Assembly (NCBI GenBank): GCA_036339465.1
Contig: JAYZAY010000062.1
Span: 32,001 to 96,000, forward strand
Direction: 5' to 3'
Origin: Myxococcota bacterium
GTDB taxonomy: Bacteria > Myxococcota > XYA12-FULL-58-9 > JABJBS01
DNA: 64,000 nt
How positions within the stretch are numbered: the first letter of the stretch is position 1; each line of letters starts with the position of its first letter. Shown here in pieces: positions 18,612-29,342 of this stretch. The notes under the pieces were generated by a model, which was not told the origin of the DNA, made no database searches, and saw only the letters and a program-made list of their open reading frames with translations. The position numbers and the translations under genes were made by a program.

Positions 18612-19478
18612 ATGTCTTTGAATGGCAAATATCCGTCGGTTGCGGTGATTATTCCCACTTTTAATAGGGCGACGCTATTGGAGCGAGCGGTTCGTTCAGT
18701 GATCGCGCAAACGGTTTTACCGGCCGAAATTTGGGTCATCGATGATGGTTCGACCGATGAGACCGAGGGTATGCTCCGGGCCAATTTTCCAGGGGTTCAT
18801 TATCGATATCAGGAGAATAGGGGCGTTAGTGCAGCGCGTAACATGGGCATTGAGGAAGCTGAATCAGACTGGATCGCACTTTTGGATTCCGATGATGCGT
18901 GGCAGCCGGAAAAATTGGAAAGACAGTTGAGGGCGCTTTCCAATAACCCTGAGGTCCTCTTTCTCCATACGGATGAAATATGGATGAGGCGTGGTAAACG
19001 GGTTAATCCGATGAACAAACATGCCAAACCCAATGGGCGTGTATTTAAAGCTTCTTTAGCTTTATGTGCGATGTCTCCCTCAAGTGCTTTGATTCACAGG
19101 CGTGTATTTGATGATGTTGGGCTATTCGATGAGTCACTGCCTGCTTGTGAAGACTACGATTTGTGGTTACGGATTTCTTCGAAGTACGATGTGCTTTTGG
19201 TTCCCGAGCCTTTGGTGGTGAAATATGGAGGGCATGAGGATCAGCTTTCGAGGAAACATTGGGGCATGGACCGGTTTAGGGTGAAAGCCCTTGAAAAAAT
19301 ACTGAAGGTGGGGGCGTGGTCTTTGACGCTCGATGAGAGAACTTTGGCTTTAAAGATTCTCCGGGAAAAACTAACGATTTTACGTAATGGTGCAGCCAAA
19401 CGAGGCAATGATGAACAAAGCTGTTTCTATGAGACGAAATTAGCTGCGTGGAATCTAAAGGCCACTGAGTCAAGGTAA
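18612..19478 (+). CDS. Glycosyltransferase family 2
   Basis: IIPTFNR, IDDGSTD, GVSAARN, LDSDD, EDYDLWLR. Confidence 0.93.
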   Translation: MSLNGKYPSVAVIIPTFNRATLLERAVRSVIAQTVLPAEIWVIDDGSTDETEGMLRANFPGVHYRYQENRGVSAARNMGIEEAESDWIALLDSDDAWQPEKLERQLRALSNNPEVLFLHTDEIWMRRGKRVNPMNKHAKPNGRVFKASLALCAMSPSSALIHRRVFDDVGLFDESLPACEDYDLWLRISSKYDVLLVPEPLVVKYGGHEDQLSRKHWGMDRFRVKALEKILKVGAWSLTLDERTLALKILREKLTILRNGAAKRGNDEQSCFYETKLAAWNLKATESR

Positions 19479-19486
19479 TACACACG

Positions 19487-20332
19487 ATGGCTGAATGCGG
19501 AGCAATATATTGGGTCGTCGCGTTGTCTGCGGAAGCAAAATGCATTGTAAAATATTTTGGTTTAAAGCGGACTCAAGGGCGACTGCCGTTTCCTCTTTAT
19601 CAAGATTCGGATGGAAGCAATCAATTGGTTGTTTCAGGGGCAGGGCGGATGGCCGCTGCTGCTGCCACGGCCTACCTGGCGGGTCGCAACACCGACAGCG
19701 ATACCGCAGGCTGGATTAATTTGGGAATTGCAGGTCACAAAGATTTTGAACTTGGTCATTTGGTAAGAGCAAATCGGGTTTCTGCTACCAATGAAAAACG
19801 TAGCTGGTATCCTGTTCTCCCTTTCAAGTCGTCAATTCAAGGGTATTCGGCACTCACGGTTGATTTACCCACAAAAGGATATCCCACCGAAGCGGTGGTC
19901 GAAATGGAGGCGTATGGTTTCTTAGGGGTGACCACATTGGTTGCTGGAGTGGAGCTTGGCCATTGTCTGAAGGTGATTTCAGACAATGAATCTCATCATT
20001 GGGAGGAGTTGGATCGTTTCAAGATTGAAGAACTCATGGCGAAATCCTGGGATGAGGTGGTGAGTTTTTCGGAGAAAATCCGGGAGATCTCCAGAGAAGA
20101 AAAATCATTGGTGGTAGAAAACCCGCGTTTGAAGGAAATGAGTTCTCGCTTTCGTTTGAGTGTTACCCAAAAAAACCGGCTTCGGCATGTCTTAACTCGG
20201 GTGGATGTTCTGGTTTTGGAGGGATTGTCTTTTCCGGAGAGCCTATTAGATGAAGCTTCAAACGGTAAAGATTTACTACGAAAACTTGAGGCTTGGGCCG
20301 ACGAGGCTTTTTCTATGAGTGACATGCTATGA
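19487..20332 (+). CDS. Nucleoside phosphorylase/nucleosidase-fold protein (MTA/SAH nucleosidase-like)
   Basis: INLGIAG, VEMEAYGF, KVISDN. Confidence 0.75.
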   Translation: MAECGAIYWVVALSAEAKCIVKYFGLKRTQGRLPFPLYQDSDGSNQLVVSGAGRMAAAAATAYLAGRNTDSDTAGWINLGIAGHKDFELGHLVRANRVSATNEKRSWYPVLPFKSSIQGYSALTVDLPTKGYPTEAVVEMEAYGFLGVTTLVAGVELGHCLKVISDNESHHWEELDRFKIEELMAKSWDEVVSFSEKIREISREEKSLVVENPRLKEMSSRFRLSVTQKNRLRHVLTRVDVLVLEGLSFPESLLDEASNGKDLLRKLEAWADEAFSMSDML

Positions 20333-21339
20333 TCGACACGATCTATATTGAAGATGAGGTTCGGAATCATCCACGAACAAGGTCAATTCTAGAGCGCTAT
20401 AAAGGGGCTGACATAGTTTCTTGTGAGCGTTACACTGAAATTTTCAATCGTCGTTCTCAGAACTTCAGGATTCAAAAAAAGAATCCAGCACTTATTATTG
20501 CGCGTAAACATGGTGCTAAAGTTCTTCCTACACCGGAGGGCTATGGGGTAGGTGGAAAAAACAACTTCTATTTTTCTCATATGCTCAACTGTCTCTATGA
20601 TTGTCGCTATTGTTTTCTACAAGGCATGTATCGATCTGCGAACTATGTTTGGTTTGTGAATTACGAGGATTTTGGTGACGAAATCCTCAAGGCAGTGAAG
20701 CAGAATCAAGGTTCAGGGGAGGATTCGTATTTCTTTTCAGGCTATGACTGCGACTCTTTAGCCATGGAGGATCTCACCGGATTTGTTGATTGGGCGATTC
20801 CCTTCTTTTCCCAAGTTCAAGGCGCTTATCTTGAATTGCGCACCAAAAGCGTCAACTTAAAAGCACTCAAAAAGCACGCTCCTATGGAGCATTGTATTGT
20901 GGCTTTTAGTTTAACTCCCGATGCGGTTGCCAAAAAAGTTGAGCATGGTGCGCCGAAAGTTGAAAGTCGAATTAAAGCGATGTCTCAGCTCATAGAACTT
21001 GGTTGGAAAGTGGGAATTCGGTTTGACCCTTTAATTCAGCACCCCAATTTTGAGGCAAGTTACGAGGGCTTGTTTCGTGATGTTTTCGGAGCCCTGCCGG
21101 CGGATCGTATCCATTCGGTTAGCTTTGGTCCCATGCGTTTTCCCAAGACCATGTACGACCGAATTTTAAAGCTATATCCCAAGGAAAAAATGTTGCATGC
21201 GCCTATGGAAAACTATGATGGGATGATCTCCTATGGGCGGGAAAAGGAAGTGGCCATCATCAATCATTGCCAGAAGGCCCTTGGGGAGCATATTGATACC
21301 ACGAAGTTTTTTCGATGTATGCCGGGAGAAATGCCGTGA
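20329..21339 (+). CDS. Spore photoproduct lyase (SplB)-like radical SAM protein
   Basis: NCLYDCRYCFLQ (CX3CX2C), ELRTKS, FSLTP, RFDP. Confidence 0.88.
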   Translation: MIDTIYIEDEVRNHPRTRSILERYKGADIVSCERYTEIFNRRSQNFRIQKKNPALIIARKHGAKVLPTPEGYGVGGKNNFYFSHMLNCLYDCRYCFLQGMYRSANYVWFVNYEDFGDEILKAVKQNQGSGEDSYFFSGYDCDSLAMEDLTGFVDWAIPFFSQVQGAYLELRTKSVNLKALKKHAPMEHCIVAFSLTPDAVAKKVEHGAPKVESRIKAMSQLIELGWKVGIRFDPLIQHPNFEASYEGLFRDVFGALPADRIHSVSFGPMRFPKTMYDRILKLYPKEKMLHAPMENYDGMISYGREKEVAIINHCQKALGEHIDTTKFFRCMPGEMP

Positions 21340-22046
21340 GACTTGAAGGTAAAGCTTATTTGGTCACCGGGAGTTCTACGGGTATTGGTAAAGCGACTAC
21401 CCAAAATCTTTTAAGGGAAGGGGCCCGAGTGGTTGGGGTTGCTCGCAGAGAAGTTGAGGTCACCAAAGACGAGAATTACGTTCACATAAGATTTGATTTG
21501 AGTCATGTCGAAAAAATTCCGGAATTGATTGAGAAGGTGTGGAATCTAGAACCGGATATCTGTGGCGTGATTGATTGCGCAGGGGCGGGCGTTTTTGGTT
21601 CCATTGAAGAATTTTCTTTGGTGCAAATTCAGCGTTATCTCGAATTCAATTTGATTTATCACGCGATTTTGGCCCGTTATATCTTACCGCGTTTTAAGAA
21701 AGCAGGGTGCGGGGATTGGCTATGGGTTGGTTCTGAATCTGCCTTAAGGGCGGGGAAATTTGGTAGTCTCTATAGTGCGGCTAAATTTGGAGTTCGGGGA
21801 ATGCTCCAATCCTTAAGAGCTGAATGTGCAGGCAGTGGAATTAGAATCATGATGGTTCATCCGGGGATGGTTCGTACCCCTTTTTTTGACGATTTGCGAT
21901 TTGAACCAGGTCCCTCGGAAGAACACGCTCTAGAGGCGGACGATGTTGCTGATTCGTTGTTAACAATGTTGACACAGAATTCTCGGGTTTGGACAGACGA
22001 ACTGATGTTGAATGCTCGCCACCATGTGGTTAAGAAAAGTAAGTAA
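21336..22046 (+). CDS. Short-chain dehydrogenase/reductase
   Basis: TGSSTGIG, YSAAK, PGMVRT; a GTG start at 21336 overlaps the upstream stop. Confidence 0.92.
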   Translation: MRLEGKAYLVTGSSTGIGKATTQNLLREGARVVGVARREVEVTKDENYVHIRFDLSHVEKIPELIEKVWNLEPDICGVIDCAGAGVFGSIEEFSLVQIQRYLEFNLIYHAILARYILPRFKKAGCGDWLWVGSESALRAGKFGSLYSAAKFGVRGMLQSLRAECAGSGIRIMMVHPGMVRTPFFDDLRFEPGPSEEHALEADDVADSLLTMLTQNSRVWTDELMLNARHHVVKKSK

Positions 22047-22064
22047 ATCTTAGGAGATTGCAAT

Positions 22065-23321
22065 ATGCATATGTGGATGCTCATTGTCGTAGGAACCATC
22101 TGTGTGGAGTTCCTGCTCAATAATTTGGCCAGGATCCTAAATCTTAGGGCCATGATGGAAACAGTGCCCGGGGAGTTTAAAGAATTTTATGACCAGGAGA
22201 GATATACGCGCTCCCAAGAATACACGAAAGACCGGATGAAGTTTGGCGCGATTTCCGCGACTTTTTCCGTTGTGGTGACACTTACTTTCATCTTGGCGGG
22301 TGGCTTTCCCTGGCTGGACCTTCTCGTCCGCGGCTGGTCTTCGGCGCCAGTGATTCAAGGTCTTCTCTTTTTTGCAGTGCTGGGTTTGGGAAGTGATCTC
22401 CTTTCTCTTCCGTTCTCGCTCTACAGCACCTTTAGCATAGAAGAGCGGTATGGATTCAATAAAATGACAATGGGAACTTTCGTTGGGGACCATCTTAAAG
22501 GGTATTTGATTGCGGTATTAATTGGAGGGCCTGTTTTGGGTGGCCTTTTGTGGTTTTTTGGCACTTACAGAGATTTCGGGTGGCTCTATGCTTGGGGATT
22601 GATGGCTCTCTTTACGGTGATCGCGCCGGTTATTTTTACGTCCTTTATTGCGCCAATCTTCAACAAATTTGAGCCGTTGGAAGAAGGGAATTTGATGGAT
22701 GCGATTCGCGGTTTGGCTCGAAAGACACAATTTTCGGTACAGCGAATCTATGTGATGGATGGTTCAAAAAGGTCAGGGCATTCCAATGCATACTTTAGTG
22801 GCTTTGGAAAATTCAAACGAATTGCCTTATTTGATACCTTGATCGAGCAGCACCCCGAAAATGAATTGGTGGCAATATTGGCCCATGAAATTGGACATTA
22901 CAAATTGAAGCACATTTTATGGGGAACGGTGATTTCCATTGGCCATTTGTTTTTTCTCTTTTGGATACTTTCCTGGTTTTTAGGAGAAGCAAGTCTATTT
23001 ACTGCGTTTGATGTGGCTGAATCCTCTGTGTATATGGGATTGGCACTCTTCTCATTGGTTTTTTCCCCGATTAGTTTAGTGCTGGGTATCGTGATGAACT
23101 ATTGGTCGCGGCAGAATGAATATGCAGCGGACAGATATTCCGCCGAAACCATTGGTGAATCCGATTCGATGATCACGGGCCTGAAACGCCTCTCTGCGGA
23201 AAATTTATCGAATCTCACGCCACATGGGCTTTCGGTGATGCTCCATGCCAGCCATCCCACGGCACTAGAGCGTGTGGCCGCTTTGAGAAGCCTCAACTTA
23301 TCGCTTACGAAGGTCTCATGA
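22065..23321 (+). CDS. M48 family (Ste24-like) membrane zinc metallopeptidase
   Basis: DGSKRSGHSNAYF, HEIGH, EYAAD, SHP; multiple TM helices. Confidence 0.95.
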   Translation: MHMWMLIVVGTICVEFLLNNLARILNLRAMMETVPGEFKEFYDQERYTRSQEYTKDRMKFGAISATFSVVVTLTFILAGGFPWLDLLVRGWSSAPVIQGLLFFAVLGLGSDLLSLPFSLYSTFSIEERYGFNKMTMGTFVGDHLKGYLIAVLIGGPVLGGLLWFFGTYRDFGWLYAWGLMALFTVIAPVIFTSFIAPIFNKFEPLEEGNLMDAIRGLARKTQFSVQRIYVMDGSKRSGHSNAYFSGFGKFKRIALFDTLIEQHPENELVAILAHEIGHYKLKHILWGTVISIGHLFFLFWILSWFLGEASLFTAFDVAESSVYMGLALFSLVFSPISLVLGIVMNYWSRQNEYAADRYSAETIGESDSMITGLKRLSAENLSNLTPHGLSVMLHASHPTALERVAALRSLNLSLTKVS

Positions 23322-24094
23322 ATTTCATCCAAGTATCCGACCTTCACTTAAATTCTGGACCGGGCTCTGATTTTAAAGGGGTGGATTCGAAAAAGAGACT
23401 CATGGATATCTTGAATCACGCGGAGGCCAACGTTGAAGACCTTTCTCTCATTTTGTTGACCGGAGATTTGGCCCATGATGAAAAATTAGAAACCTATGTG
23501 TGGCTGCGTAATGCTCTCTTAGCGTGCGGGAAACCGTTTTTATTGGTTCCGGGAAACCACGACCATTTGGGGAATTTCACCAGTGTGTTTGGTGAGGTGA
23601 TAGAGACAGAGGACTCTTGGATATTCAATCATGTGACTGATGGACTCCATTTTATCGGTCTAAACTCCAAAATGAAGGGAGAGGTCTCTGGGCTCTTGTC
23701 GGCGGTCAGTCTTGAGGCTTTGTCTAGATTACTGGATGCGCAAAGAGATAAAATGAGAATCATATGTTTGCATCATCCACCTATTCTCACAGGAGACAAG
23801 GTTTCCGATGAGATCGGTTTAAGGAATCGAGATGCCTTTTGGGGAGCTCTCGGAGAGGATTTTTCCGGGACGGTAATTTTTGGCCATTTACACAGGGAAA
23901 TAGAGACAACCTTCAACAAGACTCGCGTCTATGGATGTCCGTCAACAGCTTTGGGATATGAGGGTGATGAGATGGGCTTAAAAATTGATCTGGATGCGTG
24001 GGGCTACCGACGTTTTTCGTGGGATGCGCAAAAAGGTTTGGAATCCATGGTGGTATGGATGGGAAGCTCTAGATTGGTCAGCCCGTTGCGGTAG
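23318..24094 (+). CDS. Calcineurin-like metallophosphoesterase (CpdA/Icc-like)
   Basis: SDLH, TGDL, PGNHD, HHPP, GHLH. Confidence 0.88.
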   Translation: MNFIQVSDLHLNSGPGSDFKGVDSKKRLMDILNHAEANVEDLSLILLTGDLAHDEKLETYVWLRNALLACGKPFLLVPGNHDHLGNFTSVFGEVIETEDSWIFNHVTDGLHFIGLNSKMKGEVSGLLSAVSLEALSRLLDAQRDKMRIICLHHPPILTGDKVSDEIGLRNRDAFWGALGEDFSGTVIFGHLHREIETTFNKTRVYGCPSTALGYEGDEMGLKIDLDAWGYRRFSWDAQKGLESMVVWMGSSRLVSPLR

Positions 24095-25010
24095 CTTTTT
24101 GGGATAATCCGGTTTTTGGCTTTGTGGTAATGGATGCCAGATAAATGGCACTTAGGGTCAACATTGTTCCTCCAAATTCAAATTTACCGAAGGGCTCATC
24201 GAAGAAAAGAACCCCCCATATCATTGTGAGCACAGGCTGGAGTAGAATAAGGAGCGCGCTTCTTGCTACGGATAATCTGGTGATCCCAAGCGAGATGAAA
24301 ACCCAACCACCGATGTGAACGATAATCGCTAAACATGCGAACACAGAGAAGTCTTGCCAATGTGGTATGGTTGTTTCTTCACCGGTTAAGATAGCCAAGG
24401 TGAAGAGAACCAAACTCGTAATCGTACTAACGAACCCCAAGTTGATTGTTAGAGGGAGTGGATACTTTGTGGTCTGACTTTCTCGTAGGGTTAAAATGTA
24501 GGTGGCATAGCAAAGCCCTGTTGCCAAGCCTGCGAGCGTACCCACTGTAGACAATGAGTCAGTGGCGATACCCGGCACGGTTAAGAGGGCTACTCCCCCC
24601 AACGCACCGAAAGTCGCGAATGCAAATAAGGGGGAAAGCGCTTCTTTAAAAAAGATGCTTGCAAATAATGCGACCCAAAAAACTTGGGTGTTTGTCAAAA
24701 GGGTTGCCAATCCCGCTCCCGTAAGAACGATGGCGTGATGGAAGGCGAAGAGGTCGATACCGAAAATGAATCCAGCGATAATGGCGAGCCACATGGCTTT
24801 ATGTGACTGTGCAGTCCGCGAAAATTTTCCGGGCCCGAAGATACCGAAAGCAAAGAGGAGCAGAGCCGCAAAGGCGGTTCGGTAGAATCCAGTGGTTGAG
24901 GGTCCTGTGGAGGCTGCTTTTACAAGGGGGCCCGCGCCACTGATACATGTGGCCCCAAGGGCAACCCATACGCTCGGAGATACTCTATACTGGATATTTT
25001 CAAGGGCCAT
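24078..25010 (-). CDS. DMT/EamA family transporter
   Basis: About 10 TM helices in two EamA repeats. Confidence 0.88.
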   Translation of the reverse strand: MALENIQYRVSPSVWVALGATCISGAGPLVKAASTGPSTTGFYRTAFAALLLFAFGIFGPGKFSRTAQSHKAMWLAIIAGFIFGIDLFAFHHAIVLTGAGLATLLTNTQVFWVALFASIFFKEALSPLFAFATFGALGGVALLTVPGIATDSLSTVGTLAGLATGLCYATYILTLRESQTTKYPLPLTINLGFVSTITSLVLFTLAILTGEETTIPHWQDFSVFACLAIIVHIGGWVFISLGITRLSVARSALLILLQPVLTMIWGVLFFDEPFGKFEFGGTMLTLSAIYLASITTKPKTGLSQKATATG

Positions 25011-26118
25011 GAATAATTTGATAACAGGTGATGATGCTCAGGGGAATCCAAAATCCTCCTTCAGCCATTTCTCGGGTCGAAAATTTGTGTTGACCGATGA
25101 CAGGTCTATGCCCACGTTTAGTGTTTACTGGTTAGAAGGTGTCCTAAACCCAGTGGGTCTCCCACCCACAGGATTGGTTTTCCTATGATGCTATCCCGGA
25201 CTTTTTTCAGAGGATGTTTTCCTCCGCTGGGTATCTGTCCCATATTTTCGTAGGGTGAGCGCGGTGAAGCGGTGGAGCGGTTTTAATGATGGGGAAGATA
25301 GGGTGGCTTTTGAGACCATGGGCCATAGACGGTCGATGAAGATACGTAGGGGCAATGGTCAGCGGGTTACGACGAGATTCGCCAAATGCTCCCCACTCAA
25401 TACCATGGCCGTCTCTTTTGGGGGAGCAATTCCATGCCGATGTTTGTGGGTATTGGTGCAGAGCAGTCTTTTCGGTGACGTGGCCGTTTTTTACATTTAA
25501 AATAGCGTCTCGATCCGAAGGGGATTTTTGAGAACAGTTCTTCGCCATTGATGGCTGAATACATAGAAATCTGCGCTTACCCCGGGTGTGGCTTTTCGCG
25601 GGATTGTGTTTCCGCGGCTGATTTGGATGAGGGTAGGTGATTTTGGCCGTTACCGTGGAGGCATATTTTTCCAACTCGCTTGTGTTTGTCGAAAGGAATG
25701 GGGAACGAAGGGCATGAGAATGCTGTCTTTAACGGCCTTAAATTTTTAATGGGACCTCATCCTTTGTCTCCCTTGACCTGTCTTTTATTTGAACCCCTGC
25801 TTCTTACGTACCTTTTAACGCTATGGGGGTGGATGACCAACCCCTCAGGTATGGTGGTGTCGGTATCCATGGATTCCACCTATGGGTCATTTGAGTGGGG
25901 TTGTTCATCTTGAATTTTGGCCCACATTGGTAGAGAGTAACATTTGGGTAGCTTTTCTGTGGTGCGTCTATGACTTGACCACGAATTTTATATTCCGGTT
26001 GGTCATACAACCTCGAGAAGTTAACGTTTTGGTCTTGTAGTAGGTGCTCGAAAACCTTGCAGGGGGCCACACCAAAAACTATTGTGCAGTGTTCAATTTT
26101 TGGAGGACGATTAATTCT

Positions 26119-27942
26119 ATGAGTGTAACCAAACATTACCGAGCCAATCTTCGAGACATTTACTTCAACCTCTTTGAATTCTACCGAATTCAGGATTCTA
26201 CCTTGGGAAAGGGCCCATATACGGATCTCGATGAGGATACGATTCGTGAGATACTGGGGACATTTGCGACCTTTTGTGAAGAAGAGATGGCGTTGAGTTT
26301 TGCTTCCTCGGATAGAACAGGACTTATTCGAGATGAGGATGGAACGGTGACGCTTCCGGATTGTCTGAAAAAATCGCTGGATTCCTATTATGAGGGAGGA
26401 TGGCATAAGGTTGAGCACTCCGTGGAAATGGGTGGGTATGGTATCCCGCGTTCGGTTTTTTGGACTTCATTCGAGCTGCTGGCCGGCGCCAACGCTGCGA
26501 TGACTTTTTACCTTCTGGGGAGTTTTGCAGCCAAGATTGTTGAGGATTACGGCACCGACGAGCAGAAAAAAGCGTTCTTGGATGGTTTAGTCAATAGGCG
26601 GTGGGGCTCCACCATGGTTCTCACGGAACCCGATGCGGGCAGTGATGTTGGTGCTGGTCGCACGAAAGCGAAACATATCGAAGGCGATATTTGGTCCATT
26701 GAAGGGGTGAAACGATTCATTACCAATGGAGATTTTGATGCGACCGAAAATATCATGCATATGGTTCTTGCCCGTCCTGAGGGGGCTGCTTCAGGCACGA
26801 AAGGGCTTTCTCTCTTTTTGGTACCGAAGTTTTGGGTGAAAGAGGATGGCTCTTTGGGTGAGCGAAATGATGCTTACTGTAGTAATTTGGAAACGAAAAT
26901 GGGACTCAAAGCGTCTGCTACGTGCGAGATGACCTTTGGGGACCGTGGCCTATGTCGTGGTTACCTTTTGGGTGGTGTTCACGATGGTATTCGACAGATG
27001 TTTAATGTGATTGAATATGCCCGCATGGGTGTTGGCATGAAGTCGATGTCTACTCTGTCGACGGCGTATCTAAATTCCTTAGAGTACGTTAAGGAGCGTG
27101 TCCAAGGTCCAGACCTGGTCCATTCGATGGATAAGGATGCACCGCGCGTAACGATTATTCACCATCCAGATGTTCGTCGTCTCTTAATGAAGCAGAAATC
27201 CTATGCTGAAGGTCTTCGTGGGTTGGGGATGTTGGCCTCAACACTTCAAGACGAGATCGTGATTGCAGGCGCAGAAGGAGACAAGGAGAAGGTGAGTAAG
27301 CTTCATTTGCGCAATGACCTTTTGCTTCCTCTTGTTAAGGGGTTTGGTTCTGAAAGGGTCTATGAGATTCTAGCAGACTCTCTGCAATGTTTGGGAGGCT
27401 CTGGTTATTGCAAGGATTATCCCCACGAACAATATATCCGTGACCAAAAGATAGATACGCTCTATGAGGGGACGACGGCCATTCAAGGTTTGGATCTCAT
27501 TTTTAGAAAGATTATGAAGGATGGCGGTAACACGCTTCGACATTTTTTGGGGCGCATCCATAAAGATATTGAGGCCGAGATTGGTGGCGCGAGTTTCGAA
27601 ACAGAACGGAATATCTTGTCGAAGGCATTTGCTGATTTTTCCAAGATTTTGGAGATGATGGTTCCGCGAGTGGGTGAGTCGCTTTATCATGCGGGCTTGC
27701 ATAGTACTCGAATTCTCTTTTCCCTAAGTGAGCTTCTTTTAGGGTGGCTTCTTCTTAAGCAAGCAGGGGTTGCACTCAAGGCCCTAGAGACCGCTGAAGG
27801 CGCGGACAAGTCTTTTTATGAGGGCAAGTGTGCCAGTGCGCGTTATTTCTGTCGTGAAGAGTTACCACGGGTATCGATGTCTAAGAAGGTCATTGAGCAT
27901 AGTGACCTTTCGTTGATGGAGTTGAGCGAAGAGGCGTTCTAG
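26119..27942 (+). CDS. Acyl-CoA dehydrogenase
   Basis: MVLTEPDAGSDVG, GVKRFIT, KMGLKAS, GGSGY, LYEGTTAIQ; GGAGG upstream of ATG 26119. Confidence 0.95.
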   Translation: MSVTKHYRANLRDIYFNLFEFYRIQDSTLGKGPYTDLDEDTIREILGTFATFCEEEMALSFASSDRTGLIRDEDGTVTLPDCLKKSLDSYYEGGWHKVEHSVEMGGYGIPRSVFWTSFELLAGANAAMTFYLLGSFAAKIVEDYGTDEQKKAFLDGLVNRRWGSTMVLTEPDAGSDVGAGRTKAKHIEGDIWSIEGVKRFITNGDFDATENIMHMVLARPEGAASGTKGLSLFLVPKFWVKEDGSLGERNDAYCSNLETKMGLKASATCEMTFGDRGLCRGYLLGGVHDGIRQMFNVIEYARMGVGMKSMSTLSTAYLNSLEYVKERVQGPDLVHSMDKDAPRVTIIHHPDVRRLLMKQKSYAEGLRGLGMLASTLQDEIVIAGAEGDKEKVSKLHLRNDLLLPLVKGFGSERVYEILADSLQCLGGSGYCKDYPHEQYIRDQKIDTLYEGTTAIQGLDLIFRKIMKDGGNTLRHFLGRIHKDIEAEIGGASFETERNILSKAFADFSKILEMMVPRVGESLYHAGLHSTRILFSLSELLLGWLLLKQAGVALKALETAEGADKSFYEGKCASARYFCREELPRVSMSKKVIEHSDLSLMELSEEAF

Positions 27943-28368
27943 GCGACGATTTCTTCAAATCTCCAGCGTTCAGTCTCAAGCATGTAATGTTTTCGATTGA
28001 GACCTTTGTTATGGCGCGACTGAATCTTTTTACGAGGAACTGATTGCAGGAGCTGGCTGTGGCTTTAATTTGGTCGGTCGCAATGCTGAAGGGCAAAGAG
28101 GTGGTTTCAAGGGGGATGCTAAAGGTGTCATCAATGAAATTCCCGAAGGTCAGATTCAGGTAGGTGGGCGGGCGACGGAAACTTGGGCATGGTGCGGTTC
28201 TTAATCTATTGTTCGTCGATTGGGGAATTGGAGACTTTACCTGAGGCAAGAACATTTTGTCATACAATTTCGGATAGATGTTTCCTCCGGGTAGCTTGGA
28301 AGCTTTTCAAGGGAGTTTTCTGCGTTACGTTGGAGTCCGACTCGGATTATCGTAGACTCAATGTCAAT

Positions 28369-28899
28369 ATGTTGTGGGTTTTTGGATATGGGTCGTTGGT
28401 ATGGAGGCCGGATTTCCCTTATGTGAAGTCACGGCGCGGTTATGTTCAGCACTACAAAAGAGGTTTTTGGCAGGGCTCTCCAGACCACCGTGGTACACCG
28501 ACTAATCCTGGCCGCGTGGTGACACTCCTGGAGTGTCATGGAGCCAATTGTTGGGGGGTGGCCTATGGTGTGCGGTCGCAGGATGAGAGGCTCGTGTATG
28601 ATATTCTCGATGCTCGGGAGAGCGGTGGCTATGAGCGAGCGGAAGTTGAAGTGCATTTCCGAGACCATGGTGTGATTCCTGCTTTAACCTATATTGCTTC
28701 ACCGTCAAACCCCAATTTCCTAGGTGAGGCGTCGTGGGACGAACTTCTTTTGCAGGTGCGCCATGCGAAAGGTGAGAGTGGCAACAATTGGGAATATGTT
28801 TGTCGCCTGGCACAAGCGCTCGATGATTTGGGAATCGATGATGCCCATGTTCAGGATCTAGCGAAGGCATTGGTGGCAGGGGAGGAGATGAAAAAATGA
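28369..28899 (+). CDS. chaC: Glutathione-specific gamma-glutamylcyclotransferase (ChaC family)
   Basis: WVFGYGSLVW, DHRGTP..PGRVVTL, RE, GESGNNWEY. Confidence 0.9.
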   Translation: MLWVFGYGSLVWRPDFPYVKSRRGYVQHYKRGFWQGSPDHRGTPTNPGRVVTLLECHGANCWGVAYGVRSQDERLVYDILDARESGGYERAEVEVHFRDHGVIPALTYIASPSNPNFLGEASWDELLLQVRHAKGESGNNWEYVCRLAQALDDLGIDDAHVQDLAKALVAGEEMKK

Positions 28900-29342
28900 T
28901 AAGATGGGTGGCAATAAACTGTTGACCGTGGTTGTTGTTGGCTCGCCTAGGTCTCCACAGAGACTGATATCTCTTATTGGTAATGATCTTCAACCCAGGT
29001 GTCGGATTTTTCTTCGTTGGTGTTTTCGAAGGCACTTTTCCAAAGGGTATGAATAGGCGAACAATGTTGTGTGCTCACTGGGCGAGTATGCTGCCCTGTG
29101 GTCTTAGGCTTTTCTTGGCTTGAGTATATCGGTGTGTTTTGAAAGGGGGACTATCATTACGGATAGTGAAAGTCCCCGTCTGAGAAATGCTAGAATTTCG
29201 TGATTAAAACGGTGATTGGCGACGTCAATTTGGTGTGTGTGAAGGTGGTCTTTTGGGGGTTGAATTCTCCGTTTTTATTTCCGTGCAGGTGGTTTCGATT
29301 GAAGTATTGGGATTTTCCAGGCTCTCGTGCTTAACTCTAGGT

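Noticed and set aside
25207..25674. 155-aa minus-strand ORF
   Set aside because: No recognisable motif, start signal or protein-like composition; left unannotated
29146..29177. Hairpin GGGGACT...AGTCCCC as a REP element or terminator
   Set aside because: Only one copy noticed and no U tract; insufficient support
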